A stretch of DNA of 64,000 bases, taken from the NCBI GenBank assembly GCA_951406725.2, contig OX597821.1, positions 27,900,001 to 27,964,000 on the forward strand, in the 5' to 3' direction. The first letter of the stretch is position 1. Each line of letters begins with the position of its first letter. Source of the DNA: Octopus vulgaris. Its lineage: Eukaryota. Shown piece by piece: positions 11,490 to 25,382 of the stretch. A program made the position numbers and the translations under genes. The notes below the pieces were generated by a model. It searched no databases. It was not told the origin of the DNA and saw only the letters and a list, made by a program, of their open reading frames with translations.

Positions 11490-13900
11490 TCTGTATTTCT
11501 TTTATTTCAGGTTTTGTTGTAACTCATGGAGTCTTGCAGTCTTACAGGCATCGCACTAGCTACCTGTAGCCTACGGTTACATGCTATCTCTTCTTTTAAA
11601 CTATGTAATAGTTTCCTGATTATCCTGGCCGTGCCAAGAAGGCAAACCTTTTGTGACAGTTCTACTGGGCACTCTATTCCGATTTCCATTATATTCCTCT
11701 TAATACCTTCTGAGACTGTTCCCAAGGACCCAACAATAATTGACACTACCTTCACCTTAATTTTCCATAGCCGTGTTATTTCGTAATTAAAATGGTTGTA
11801 TTTATCTATCATCATCTTTATGAGTGTTTTCTTCTATCAATTGCGTTGCCATTTTTCCCGATATATAGCGCAAGAAAACTCAGTGCATGTATTAATAAGC
11901 CATTACGGTAAACACGATCAGATTGTTTATTTACAAAATCAAATGCAGAGATGGAAAAAAAGAAAAGAAATTTATTTACATGGAAGTTTAGTGTTTTTTA
12001 TTGCGACCATGCTCTTCTCATTATGTGAGATGTACCAGTTAAAACAGCAAGGGATAATTCTGAAACAATTGCTTATTTCGTTTGGTTTTGAATCATTTCT
12101 AGTGCTTCTACAAGGATTGGTATTGCAACTGCTTTCAGATTCCACATTTTTTCGAGTTCAATGAAGAAATTTTTATATTTTTCAGTTAGTCAAATTCCTT
12201 AGTTACAATATTATGATCACAAGCGATACTCATGTCAATCAATAAACAGACCTTATAACGTTGAGCTCTTACAATAATATCCGACTTATTAGTTTTAATG
12301 GTTTCGTATATAATGGAAAGTGCCAAACAATTGTTACAATTTTTCGTTCAGCAAATGTCTGAAGGTGGTGCTTGCACCACCTGTCAACAGTTTTGATTTA
12401 TGCCGACACATAAACTTTTGTATTGTAGATATTGGCCAACTCTGTCATGTCTTGATGTATACTCTACTTGAGTTAAGATTGTACATATAGCGATTAATTG
12501 GGCCACTGCTTCAACCTACACATTGCAGAATCGTTGCTTTGGATCCATTCTCTTTTCTCACATTGGCTTGGTAGTTCCGGATCAACAAGCTTCGATCTTG
12601 AGCAGCTAAGATGAAATCACTACTTTCCTAGTTTTTCGATCTATGCTGACCAGTCCTTCGTTTGTCCATTCCACAACTCCTGCGTAGTAACGGATCACAC
12701 TTTCATCTTACGTGACGATGACTATAATCAGGTTCCATCATTTCAGCTTAGGTCTACATAGATTTTTAACTCTTCTGGTGTATTCAGAATTAATTTTCAC
12801 CTTCATATTGGTGTTCATTTTTTGCCCTAAATATAAAAGATACATATATCACTCTCCATTCACTTCTGTTATGCGTTCATCAACCTGAAGTTGTACTCCA
12901 CTGTTATCTGCTTTAGGCCCTCTCCTCAATAACAGAGCATTTCTCTATACCAAATACCAACTGGAAGTCTTAAGAGAAAATTCGTGTGGTACGAATAATG
13001 GAATCCCGTTGACCTCTGCTAGTTCAAATCATTCATAAACAGAAGCTAATTGATTGGTCTCATATTTTTCTGTAACTTGTAACTAGCTCCCATCTTTCTC
13101 GGAATTATGGAGAGTGGTGACACATGAACAATAAACAATAATAGTGACACAGACTCTCTTCGAAAGATTTACTTCTTCATGTCGACTTGTCCAAGTTCTC
13201 TGCCACATGCAGTCATAACTGGCTTCCAATTAATCATACTGCTTTTGAATAAGTAAATCGTACTCTTAACTACCCTGATCATCTCCAGGCATTTCAGAAT
13301 CCACAACTGAGGAACCACATCATATGCCTTCTTATGGTAAATCCAAGCCAATGATAGGTTTATCAACCTTGTTCGGTAGTTCCTAAAAATTGCCTTAGCA
13401 ATGACAAAATTTCGTTTTTCTTGTGATCTCTTCCTGCAGTCTTTCTGTTCATTCGCTAGCGGTGATTTTTTTCAAGGTGTTATACAATTAATTCTCTATT
13501 TTCACAATTAGAAGCTTCTACATCATAAGTAAACAAGGAATCGGAAGTTAGTTGGTTTGGTCGTTCTGAATGAAGTCAGCTCTTCCTTTGACCATCCATT
13601 CTAGTACAATTCATTGGTGTACACAACCTTGCAGTTCTCTTTTTTCTGTGGTTTAGGATAAAAATTAATTAAAACTTTGAACCAAAAACTTTGGGCGACT
13701 TCTGGGAAAGCTGTCTTCCAATTTCTCATCATACCAAGTGTGACTTGAATATCTTCCGTTGTTATGACAATGTACTCCTATATCTCCAAGTTTTTTTCAG
13801 TTCTTTTTCACTTCATGTAGTCGTGGCGACCTGTTGTTTTATTTTACATACTCTGACCAGATCCTACTCAAAACCTAAGTAGGATTGTTAAATATAACCA
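11490..13900 (-). mobile_element. Degenerate R4/Dong-like RLE LINE
   Basis: RT-like NLSLAWIYHKKAYDVVPQLWILKCL (13169-13366) and RLE C-terminus KVVSIIVGSLGTV...QKVCLLGTARIIRKLL (11507-11815); many stops and frameshifts. Confidence 0.85.
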
Positions 13901-14489
13901 GAGGTATGTGTAATGTTTATTGTCGTTTCTGATACTCCAATTGATTGTCAGATGATGAGCGTACACTCGAAATATGTTCACTAGAGTTACTCGGTTTTAA
14001 GTAAACTTATTCTAGACAACAGAGTCTCTCCAATTACACATTATTCTTCAAGTTGAAACTGAAGAAAATTATGAAGAGTAGGCTGAGGTGTGAAGTGTGG
14101 GTCTAGAACTTTTCAGTCCTTTCTGCGTAAGCGAGCAAAAGGATGGAAAGTAACCGCTCCCTTTTCATGGTCTGGCGGTTATCAGCAGTAACATCGTCAG
14201 CATGGTTTTAGATGACGGATACTAGCAATCAGCACAGGAAGATATTTGTTCGATAAACGTTCACAAAACAGCACGCACAGACATCGAATGAGAGCGTCGG
14301 AATCATTGCCGTTTCAGAATATGAATAGATCCATATCAACGTTGCATCGTTGCAACTGATTGAAATGCGCTGCTAAACTTTATTTCTGCTTTGAAATCAT
14401 TTCCAAGGTTACAAAAAAAAAAACACTTTTCATAAAATTTCATTTGTTCAAAGCTTAATCTGACTTGCTTCATTATTTTGCGTACAATA

Positions 14490-14670
14490 AGTTGACGAAG
14501 TGGCAGAATCCTTAGAGGACCGGGCAAAAAGGACTTCGCGGCATTTCGTCCGTCTTTACGTTCCGAGTTCAAAGCACCCGAAGTGAACTTTGCCATTCAT
14601 ACATTCTGTGTCAATGAAATAAGTACCAGCTGAGCACTGAGACCAATAAAATCATCGAAGCCCCGCTCCT
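14490..14670 (+). mobile_element. Meta/MESC-like SINE (diverged)
   Basis: TGGCAGAATC head, GAGTTCAAA, AAATAAGTACCAG. Confidence 0.75.
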
Positions 14671-16180
14671 AAATCACAAATTGCATAATAATCTATCTAT
14701 ATGGCAGTTTTTCTTTATCAGATAAAATATTATTTACCGCATTACAGGTCGTTCGATTTACATTCAAATTGAGACTATGTGGGAGAAATGGATTTATGCA
14801 GTTCTAAAGCTTTATCAAAGCAAAATCATTTAATCATGCATAATCGTAGGTAAATTTGTTCAGTTGAATACGCCAACAAAATAGAAATTTATTTTGTCCT
14901 GGAAAAGTAAAATGAGCCTTGCGTAAAACTGTAAATTTCATTACAATTGCACAAAATAGTTGAATACATTTTAGTATAGCAATATACTTCACTATGTGTA
15001 ATATTCACGTTCCTTAATTGTATAGTAATTCTGTAACGTGATTAGTTAATGCTAATATGGAGTTTCACACGCCGTTCGAGAATTACTGTCTATGTAGCTA
15101 TTTATATGATTATAATGATGAAATTAGCCGACATTTGACGTGAAGTTTAGGGAAAATTCGCATACGTGTTACCTTTTAGTAATGTATGCACTGCTTTTGG
15201 GAGATGGAATATATTGCCAAATTTGGTCATACGACAAAACAATGAATGATTGCAACATACACAGAGATTGTGCTTATATTCAGATTATATCGATTGTATT
15301 GTAATTGTCGAGAATGTATGTGCTGCTTTCGTCTACTCTGTATATAACCCTCCCTTGCCCCTCCTCTTTGTTCATTTTGTTCGATTCCTTACACAGGTTA
15401 TATAATTTGAGCTAAGAGGGATTTTCAAATAAGATTATGTCAAATAGAAGCGTTTCGCTTCAAGATTAGAATTTAACGTATACTTAAATTGCTACAATGA
15501 AGAATTGAAGCAAATTATGCTATACGGCTCATTGCAGTATTAGGCTTAGAGACCGTTCATCGAATAGAATAACGATTACAAATATATCTAATTAATTTTG
15601 CATTACAAACGTCATCGGCGTCATTACTTTCAGATTCTATATAATTTTCGCGTTGTTTCTACAGCTCAACGCTTTAGACTTTGATATTATCTTAAAAAAA
15701 AAAAGAAACTTAAAATCTAAATAAAAATAGAGTGAATATCGAATTGCGGATGTGCGCGTATGTATGTGGCGGCAAGAAACTCTAAGAAAGGAATTATGAA
15801 AATTTTTCTCGTTCCAGTCATAAAACATGCTTTATTAAATGATATTAATATCATCTTATTCTTAGCACTATTTTATTCTGTGATAGATATCATTTTTGTG
15901 TAGATGCTTATTTGTGTGACAGTTTGTATGTGTATGAATATATGTAGAATTTCCTTTAATATAGCTGTATTGTTTGCGATAAAATGCTAAGCTAAATCGT
16001 TAGCTGGCCATTGTAAATTTATGAACTATAATGTGATGCAGTACAATAGTCTTAGTCACCGGAAGTGCTGGTAATAAACATTAAAAATATGGCGCCGGAT
16101 TCAATTACATCTTCCTATTTGAAGTGTTATTACGAGAATATGGCGATAGAAAATAGCGTAATAGATATGTATATCAATTG

Positions 16181-16214
<34 letters not shown>

Positions 16215-16815
16215 GTATGTGTGTGTGTGTGTGAGTGAGTGTGTACGCGTATATGTTTGTGTGCGTGTGTGTGTGTGTGTATGCGTATGTGTATGTGCAC
16301 GCGCGTGTGTGTGCAACCGAATAAAAAAGAATAACAAAAATTCATTTCCCCCCTTAAATTCCGATATTGATTATGTGTTTCACTCCGCATTTAGGGTTGA
16401 TATCACATTATATCACTTTACATATAATATTGGCGATTGATAAAGTAATTTGCAAAGCAGACATATCAATGACCCTCTGTTATGTTAGACACATATTCCA
16501 ATTCTTCTATATAGACGTAGAAAGTTAGATACATTAAATCGAACATTAGCGAAGCTATTCGCATACACATTCTATAGGCACGTGTGCAGATCGTTGGATT
16601 GTAATTAATGGTCATACCAATTATAACAGTTGTATTGAAGCTAGGTGAATCATTCATCCTACGTCGCTAAATATATCACAACAGACTTAATGATATTATC
16701 ACCACAAGTGAACTGTAATACAATTTATTGATATTCCTTGCATTTGCACATGGAGATTACACAACAGCAGCAGCAATATTAACAGCAATAAAACTACAAC
16801 AATTACAACAAAAAA

Positions 16816-16856
16816 TACTACTACTACTACTACTGCTGCTGCCGCTGCTGCTGCTG

Positions 16857-16928
<72 letters not shown>

Positions 16929-16932
16929 TTAC
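16816..16932. repeat. (CTA)n/(CTG)n microsatellite
   Basis: Direct inspection. Confidence 0.95.
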
Positions 16933-17254
16933 TCGGTATCATTTACTGATGCTCGGCATCTTTTAATTATTTCCATAATGTTACTGTCGCCCACCAACAA
17001 CTTTATATGCAATTTAATAATCCAACGGATGGAAGACCTGTATCTGAGGATGTACATCTAAAGTATTAAAGCAACCTGGAAGAATACATGCATATACATG
17101 GGGTATTTCATAAATCTACCAATGTAAAGAATCGTTTAAGCATGAAACTACTAGCAGCTCTTTTCGTAATTTTGTATTAACTTGATATTTATGTCTAACT
17201 GCATGGAGTACTTACTTTGTTGGTTGTTCCTTTTTGAGATCTGTGAATTTGTAA

Positions 17255-17351
<97 letters not shown>

Positions 17352-17390
17352 TTATATATATAATCAAAATAAGCAACAAGAATAACATAT

Positions 17391-17720
17391 TCTTTGTAAG
17401 CCTAGTACTTATTCTAACGGTCCCTTTTGACGAATCGCTAAGTTACGGGGACATAAACAGACAAGCATCGGTTGTCAAGCGATGTTGGGGGGAGGGCTAA
17501 CACAGACACACAAATACACACACGCATGTATATATATATATATATATATACATATATACGACGGGCTTCTTTCAGTTTCTCTCTACCAAATCCACTCTCA
17601 AGGCTTTGGTCGGCCCGAGGCTATAGTAGAAGACACTTGCCCAATGTGCCACGCAGTGGGACTGAACTCGGAACCATGTGGCTAGTAAGCAAGCTACTTA
17701 CCACACAGCCACTCCTGCGT
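17391..17720 (-). mobile_element. CORE-like tRNA-SINE with internal (TA/TG)n
   Basis: Reverse complement of the 31797-32235 family (GCAGGAGTGGCTGTGTGG head, TGGGCAAGTGTCTTCTACTATAGCC core). Confidence 0.88.
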
Positions 17721-17727
17721 TTATATA

Positions 17728-17796
<69 letters not shown>

Positions 17797-17854
17797 ATAT
17801 AAATGTATATATATGTATATATATGTATATATATATGTATATATAATTATAATA

Positions 17855-18293
17855 ATATTAGGGAATAAATCCAAAATTAGGGGAAAAATTAGATTTAGGA
17901 TTAAATCAAATTTTATAGTATAAATATATTATACTATATTATATTAGAGATAAAACCACTATTAGGCAACTCAAACAGTGAAAAACATAAGCCAATACAT
18001 AAAATTAATTAAAAAATATAAAAGTTAAAAATTAAAAAAAATATTTAAATAATTTAAACTTACAAATTTTAAATATATATATACAAATATATATATATAT
18101 ATATGTATGTATATTTTTATATTTATATATATATATATTATTTTATTTATTAATTAATGAATTTATTTATTTTTATATAAATATCAAAAGTATTAAAAGT
18201 TTAATAATACATTTGATATTTATATTAAAAAAAATTAATAAATAAATTAATTAATAAATAAAATAATATATATATATATATAAATATAAAAAT

Positions 18294-18366
<73 letters not shown>

Positions 18367-18809
18367 GGGCTTAGTAAAATAAATTACTTTGCCACATACT
18401 GAACTCATTAGAAATAGCAGCTAAAGAAATTTCTTCAGCTATTTCTAATACTTAAAGAAGATCTCTCTCAGATAGTGTTTGCCTAAACCAACTCACAAAG
18501 GTATGGGGAAAAAACATTAAAAAATGAAGCGCACTTGATTTTTTAATGTTTTTAATGTTTTTTCCCCATACCTTTGTGAGTTGGTTTAGGCAAACACTAT
18601 CTGAGAGAGATCTTCTTTAAGTATTAGAAATAGCTGAAGAAATTTCTTTAGCTGCTATTTCTAATGAGTTCAGTATGTGGCAAAGTAATTTATTTTACTA
18701 AGCCCTTATATATAATGTAATATTTTGAATTCGCCTAAAATGGTCCCTTTACATACTGAATACTTGGTGAAATTGATTAATAATTAATTAATTTTACCCT
18801 CAATTGTTG

Positions 18810-18867
<58 letters not shown>

Positions 18868-18997
18868 ATATATATATTTAAAATTTATAAATTTATAAAT
18901 TTAAATATTTTAAAATTTTTAACTTTTATATTTTTTAATTAATTTTATGTATTGGCTTATGTTTTTCACTGTTTGATTTGCCTAATAGTGGTTTTAT
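17855..18997. mobile_element. Multi-hairpin non-coding element in (TA)n, Penelope-like (inferred)
   Basis: Outer inverted repeat about 17950-18090 / 18860-18997, AT-rich hairpin about 18104-18305, and perfect ~158-bp inverted repeat 18366-18523 / 18549-18706. Shares motifs with 61863-62222. Confidence 0.75.
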
Positions 18998-19013
18998 ATG
19001 TAATTCAATATAA

Positions 19014-19076
<63 letters not shown>

Positions 19077-19184
19077 GGACACACACATAATATGTTCAAG
19101 TATAGTGGTAGTAGTGATACATTTGTTCTTTTAATACGATCGTTGCAACAATAGACGATTCAATGATATAATGATTATAAAGGT

Positions 19185-19385
19185 TTGAGTAATATTACAG
19201 CGTATTAAGACACGGAGCTGATAGTATCATTAACATCTTCTGAGTTCAAATGGCACCGTAGTCGACTGTGCCCTTCCTCCTTCTCGGCTTGACAAAATAA
19301 GTAGCAGTTGAACACTTTTGCCAATGTAATCGACTTATATTCTACCTCGAAACTGCTGGCCTTGTGCTAAAATTTGAAACCAGTG
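19185..19385 (+). mobile_element. Diverged Meta/MESC-like SINE
   Basis: GAGTTCAAAT, GTCGACTGTGCCCTTCCTCCTT, GGCCTTGTGCTAAAATTTGAAA. Confidence 0.65.
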
Positions 19386-19829
19386 GTATAGCATGTTGCA
19401 CGTGATACTTATTGCAGTATATTAGAAAGCTCTCGAAGGTAGAAACTTAAAAATACATTAAAAAGACGGGAAATGATATTTAAATGCCCAAAATATAGTC
19501 ATTGTAAATTAATATCGGTTATGGCATCCGGGTCAGACATACATATATCAACGTACATATTTCTAGATATCCATGCACACAGACACACGCAACGCAACGC
19601 ACACACAGACTCACAGACACAAACACATTCATACACACACGCACACATATATACATACACACACACACACACATGTGTGTGTGTGTGTGAATACAGAAAA
19701 GAGAAAATGAGAGAGAGAAAGTGAGGAAGAGAGAAAAGAGGGAGAGAGAGAGAGCTAGAGAGATTCTGCTGTTGATTGTTTTTCCCTGCTGCCAAGGTAT
19801 TTTAGAGTTTCTGCTTTTAAATTATTGAT

Positions 19830-20780
19830 CATATGCCTCAATCTCTAATGTCTCATCTCTGAGTCGTATCCTGCTTATATCCGTCTCATATGATGTCCTG
19901 CTTTTATCAGTCCCATATAATTTTCAGTGTGTATGATTGATATTATACTGAATATAAAAAAATATTGAAAGTCCTATGGTACATATTTCCTGTTTTTTTT
20001 GTGTGTTTTTTTTTGTATGCTATCTCATCCTTCTTACTGTCGAACTTCTGGCCTTTATTCCAGAAAGGTGATTTTTATTCATCTGTTGCTGATTTTTTAG
20101 GTCCTTTCAAATTTTGAGCATGTAAAGTTTGCAATCCTAGATTCAATGAAGATATTTGTTCCTTCCCACCTTTTTTGAATTTTTATGGTAGTTTCTTTAT
20201 TCTATTAACAATTGCCTGTTGCATTGGCCTCGATTTTATGCTTGTAGACGAAAAGCAGTTTTGTGTCTGCTTTCTTCAAATCTTGTAAATACCTTTACTT
20301 CTCATTCACTCGTGTTGTCCTACTGTAAATATATAATAATTGTCTTGCAGTAGGCCCTTGCCTATCTGTTTTCATCATAAAAATTTTTATATCCGAATCG
20401 GCTTCGGAATGGTGCATTCTAAATGCAGTCATTATTTACTTGATTTCCTGTCTAGTCTTCTTAATTCGTTTAACGTCAAGTTGACAAAATTATACCTATA
20501 ACTTATTATTAGAGCTAGTGCATTGATGTATTTAACCGTATATATTGTTACGTTCAATTCTGTTCTTTTTTAAAAAGAAATGTTTCTTTTATGCTTCTTC
20601 TTAAATAATTTAATGGTTCTTTTATATTCCTTTCCGAATATTTCCTTTATTTGTGTGCATTGCAATCTTTCTAGATCATTAATTTGAAGTATGTTTATGC
20701 TTGTGGCTACTTTTTTTCTTCTAATTCTGTTCGCTTTCTCCTTCAACTAATATGATACTAGCGTGCTTTGTCTCTACTAC
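19830..20780 (-). pseudogene. Degenerate R4/Dong-like LINE fragment (RT thumb region)
   Basis: Minus-strand translation near 20350-20570 resembles TELN...INALA...ELRRLDRK...FRMHHSEAD, typical of this clade. Confidence 0.65.
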
Positions 20781-21000
20781 GTTACTTCTCAAGATTTAAC
20801 CTGCAGAATTATTTGCCATTGTGCATTACCATACTTAATGTGTTTGCTTGTTATCGGTACTAACTTACGTATGTTTCAGAGAATGCCCAGGTACAGAACA
20901 TTGTGATATACTTCTGGGAGTTACATCAGAACATGCAAATAGTCTTAGTAAACCTAGAGTTTTCAGTTAGAGAATACTTTTGACAGTAATCAACATTTTT

Positions 21001-21305
21001 GTGGAGGCACATGGCCTAGTGGTTAGAGCAGCGGACTCGCGGTCGAGGGATCGCCGGTTCGAATCTCAAACCGGGTGATGTGTGTGTTTATGAGCGAAAC
21101 ACCTAAGCTCCACGCGGCTCCGGCAGAAGGTAATGGCGAAACTTCTGCTGACTCTTACGCCACAACTTTCTCTCACTCTTTCCTCCTGCACCTTGCAGCT
21201 CACCTGCGACGGACCGGCGTCCCGTCCAGGTGGGGAGCTTACACGCCAAGAAACCGGGAAACCGGCCCTATGAGTCAGGTATGGCTTGAGAAGGAACAAA
21301 CAAAT
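21001..21305 (+). mobile_element. Full-length V-domain-like tRNA-SINE with 14-bp TSD
   Basis: A and B boxes; AGTAATCAACATTT at 20985-20998 and 21306-21319. Confidence 0.92.
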
Positions 21306-22089
21306 AGTAATCAACATTTAGAACCAGCTGTGTTTTCAAAGCACACTTTGTGTTTTGACTGGATGTGTGTTACTTCCTGCCCAACAAGTAATAATCTATA
21401 CCGGGGGAATTATATACATACATATACATGAATGCGCGCGTGTGTGTGTTTGTGTGTCCGCATTAGAATATATATATGTATTTATATATATACGTAAATA
21501 TATGTAGCACTATGGTTGATGTCACAGAAATCAAGAAATAAAAATGTATCAAACTGGAATATTCCACTGGTAAAGTGATAGGCTATTATTATTTTTTTCC
21601 CAAATGTCCATCTCGTTTAGAATTATGAAATTGATTTCCATTTGCTTCGGACATTCTTCATATACTTCTTTGTTTCTGGTGATTCCATACGTACCCCTAT
21701 TATTTCTAGAATGCACGAAATAAAAAGTCCCTCAAAGGTGTATGACAATTAATCAATGGAATTCCGTGATTTCTTTTTCTACTTCAACAATTTTTCACAG
21801 ATATTGAACAGTAATTTGTATTCACATTCAAAACTAACTTTGTAGCGTCCTCTCTGTTCTTATGGAAGAAAGTTATTCATTTGTTTAAATTACACTGGTC
21901 AGTATTTATACAACATATCCAATCTACCTCAATAAAAATATAGTTCAGTATTAAATCCGTTTTCATCTTGGTATTTTTGTGCTTTTCTTTAGTTCTGTTA
22001 ATATTTACAATATTTCTCCCAAACAAGATGTCGATATAATATATATTTCACTGCTAAAGATTAGTGTCTGAAGCAGACATATCTACACA

Positions 22090-22320
22090 TACTACAGCCC
22101 AAGCAGTCGTTGGGAAGCTCCTACGGAATGTATCAAAGTTCTTTCCCGAACTACAGGCTCATAAGACCGATTCCTAGATTCTCTGAAGCATATAGTGTCT
22201 ACTAGACGGGACGACGGTCCATCGTAGTATATACCAGTTTTGTCCGTGGCTGGAACAGAGAAGTCCACGAATCGAAATCCGCAATGGCCGTAGCCATTAC
22301 GCCGCACGTACCCATACAAG
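22090..22320 (-). mobile_element. Old V-domain-like SINE
   Basis: Minus strand: GGCGTAATGG (A box), GATTTCGATTC (B box), CGATGGACCGTCGTCCCGTCTAG (V-like). Confidence 0.55.
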
Positions 22321-22633
22321 AACAAGCACATACACATACATACATACATACATACATACATGCATACATACATACATACATATATACTTACATACATACA
22401 CACATACATGCATGCATATATACATACATAGATACATAGATACATAGATACATACATACATGCATACATACATACATGCATACATGTATTTAGGCACATA
22501 TAACTCTGCAATTCAAGTAATAGAAATGTAATGAAATTTTTACAGTTCAGTTGTGCAAGATATAATTGAATACTTAAAAGTGACTGAAAATTGTAAGATA
22601 ATTTAATAAGAATGAAATGATGTATATATGATG

Positions 22634-22674
<41 letters not shown>

Positions 22675-22709
22675 TTATTTATTTATATATATGTATATAT
22701 ATATATTTA

Positions 22710-22794
<85 letters not shown>

Positions 22795-23589
22795 TGTATA
22801 CGTGTTTGTTAATTTCCGTGTGTGTGTATGTGTGTTGTTTGTGTGTTTGTCTGTGTGTATTATATGGGTTGGCAATTATATTAGGTTATTGTGCAAATAC
22901 TACCTGGGATGGAATGCTACTCGTTGGCTAGATTGAATAGTAACACTGTTTGAATATATCTATTCTTTGCCCAAATTATTCCTTTTTTTTTCCGAGGAAA
23001 TATGTTGCTAGTCTCCTTTGATTATATTCATATACATACAAACATACATAGCTACGTACGTACGTACGTACATACATGCATCGAGAGACATACACCCGCA
23101 CCCACATACATATATGTATATATCAGAATATGAAAATGTACTGGGATACATCTAAATGGCTTGTTTCTAGAGGCTTGACTAGTTTCACAGATTTTTCTGA
23201 TATTCAAATGTTAAGAATGCCTAGAATGACATGGCTATATGCTGCAGCCGTCTTTCTCCTGATGCATCTTCATAAATTCTCCTTTTATGAATATAACATT
23301 GTTGAAATAAGTATCTGTTTAGGAAACAGCTTAATTGGCAGAGGATGATCACGTGATTAGGCTTATGTGATCATTGTCTTAGATCATTAGGCAGAGGATG
23401 ATCCCCTGATTAGCACATTCTTAGAATCTCGGATACATCCTATACGAAACCTGGTTCGATTTAAATAAATCTATAATACTGTATAATATAAATATTAATA
23501 TAACTGCTGTGTGGACATATATACCAGCTCTTGTCTTTCTCTGACTTACTGATTGTAAGACAGCTTATACGCATACATCCATATATATA

Positions 23590-23645
<56 letters not shown>

Positions 23646-23688
23646 TACATACACACGCACATACACAAACACACATATATATATATAC

Positions 23689-23757
<69 letters not shown>

Positions 23758-24959
23758 AGTATGTATGTAAATATGTATATACATCTGAAAGGAAAACTAA
23801 TGCCACTGGTATTCGTATATGTTTTTCAGTTTCTTTATGAGTTTTCAAGTGCATCGAGCATAAGTGGTTTGGAATTAGAGTCAGTCAAACAGTAAATTCT
23901 TCATTACACAACTAACTTATGAACTTTACTGTCAGACGAAATATTTTAACGGAATTATTGAACTGAGAGCATTATAAAATATTATCTTAAGTTACATTAA
24001 TCAATAATAGAAGATGCCATGTTCATGTTTTCTCTAGCTCTTTAGAAAACATGAAGCAATACAGTTATTTTCTCTTGTTGATGTATCTATTCCTCTTGCT
24101 AACCATCAAATTTTATTCATTATGATTTTAAGAATATTCCCATTTACTGCAGATGTGTAAAGGCATATTGAAATGCTAAATTCAGACTTAATATATTTGG
24201 AAAATAAAATATATCTCGATAAAGATATAATTAACCTGCTTTATATTCCTTTTAGTCTTTCCGTTTTCGAATTTAATCCCACCGTGTAGCAACTTGGGTG
24301 TCTTCTGGCATTGCTTCGAGCTGGCCAAAATTTTGTGAGTACATTTTGTGAGTAACTGAAAGATGTTTGTCGTATATATGTATCATATATATGTGTGTAT
24401 GTGTGTGTTCGTGGTTGTGTGTGTGTGTGTCTTAATGTCTGTGTAGAAAAAGAACATAGCTTAAAAAGAACGAGTAAAATAATAAAATATAGAAGATAAA
24501 TGATAATTTATTTTGAAATAGGTTTTGTACGCATTTGTTTTACATAATAATGCAGTGAGTGTTTTATTATTTTGTTCAATTGTAAGTTATGGAATAAAAA
24601 GATACTTAATATTTCCAAGTTATAATTCTTTATATATGAATTATTTAAAAATCGTAGGTGTTTTCCTATTATTCGTAGAGAATAGTCATCGGTGTTCATC
24701 ATTTTCGATAATGCTAAAAATGTTTATATTCAGCATTTTTTGGAATATTTTTGAAAAATAACAAATATGGTTATATGGTCAATGTATTCTACCAGAAAAC
24801 CCCAACAGATTAAATCATTCATCGATCAACATTTTCATTGGATAGAACTGATAGAATAATATAAGTCTCACTAACATATAATAATGGATATTCTTTTACT
24901 TTTTTATACATTCCAACCCTAAAGTTGTGGTTATGATGCAGCACTGTCAGTGAGAACAA

Positions 24960-25160
24960 CCCACTAGTCATGTACTGAGTTGGTCCACTTATCTCTGCAA
25001 GATGCATAGAGCTGCTTTCTCGGTTTCTCTGTCAGGTATATTCCTCTCTGGATGGGACACTGGTACGTCACTGTGTTACTCATTTTTACCAGCTAAGTCA
25101 ACTGGAAGAACCTTATTATGGTGTGTCCAACACACTAACGACTAAACCACGAGCCTAACA
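24960..25160 (-). mobile_element. Degenerate SINE with V-like segment
   Basis: Plus-strand CGGTTTC...CTGGATGGGACACTGGTACGTC resembles the reverse of the V core. Confidence 0.5.
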
Positions 25161-25382
25161 CCTTTAATATCTTGGTACAAGATTACCAAATTACAGGTAA
25201 AATGTTACCAAGCCGTCCCTCCTCCATCCTAGTATTTAGGAGTACATAAGGCGGAAAGTATCCGTCAGGACACAAACTTAGATCTTGTGCTGTATAATTG
25301 CAATGTTGTGGAAATTTCTTACAAGTGTTTGTAAAGAAAATACATATATAATAGCATTTGTCTCCGAAATATATTTCACAGT

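Noticed and set aside
23334-23413. Short direct repeat GGCAGAGGATGATC..TGATTAG
   Set aside because: Two copies only; a simple local duplication with no further structure.
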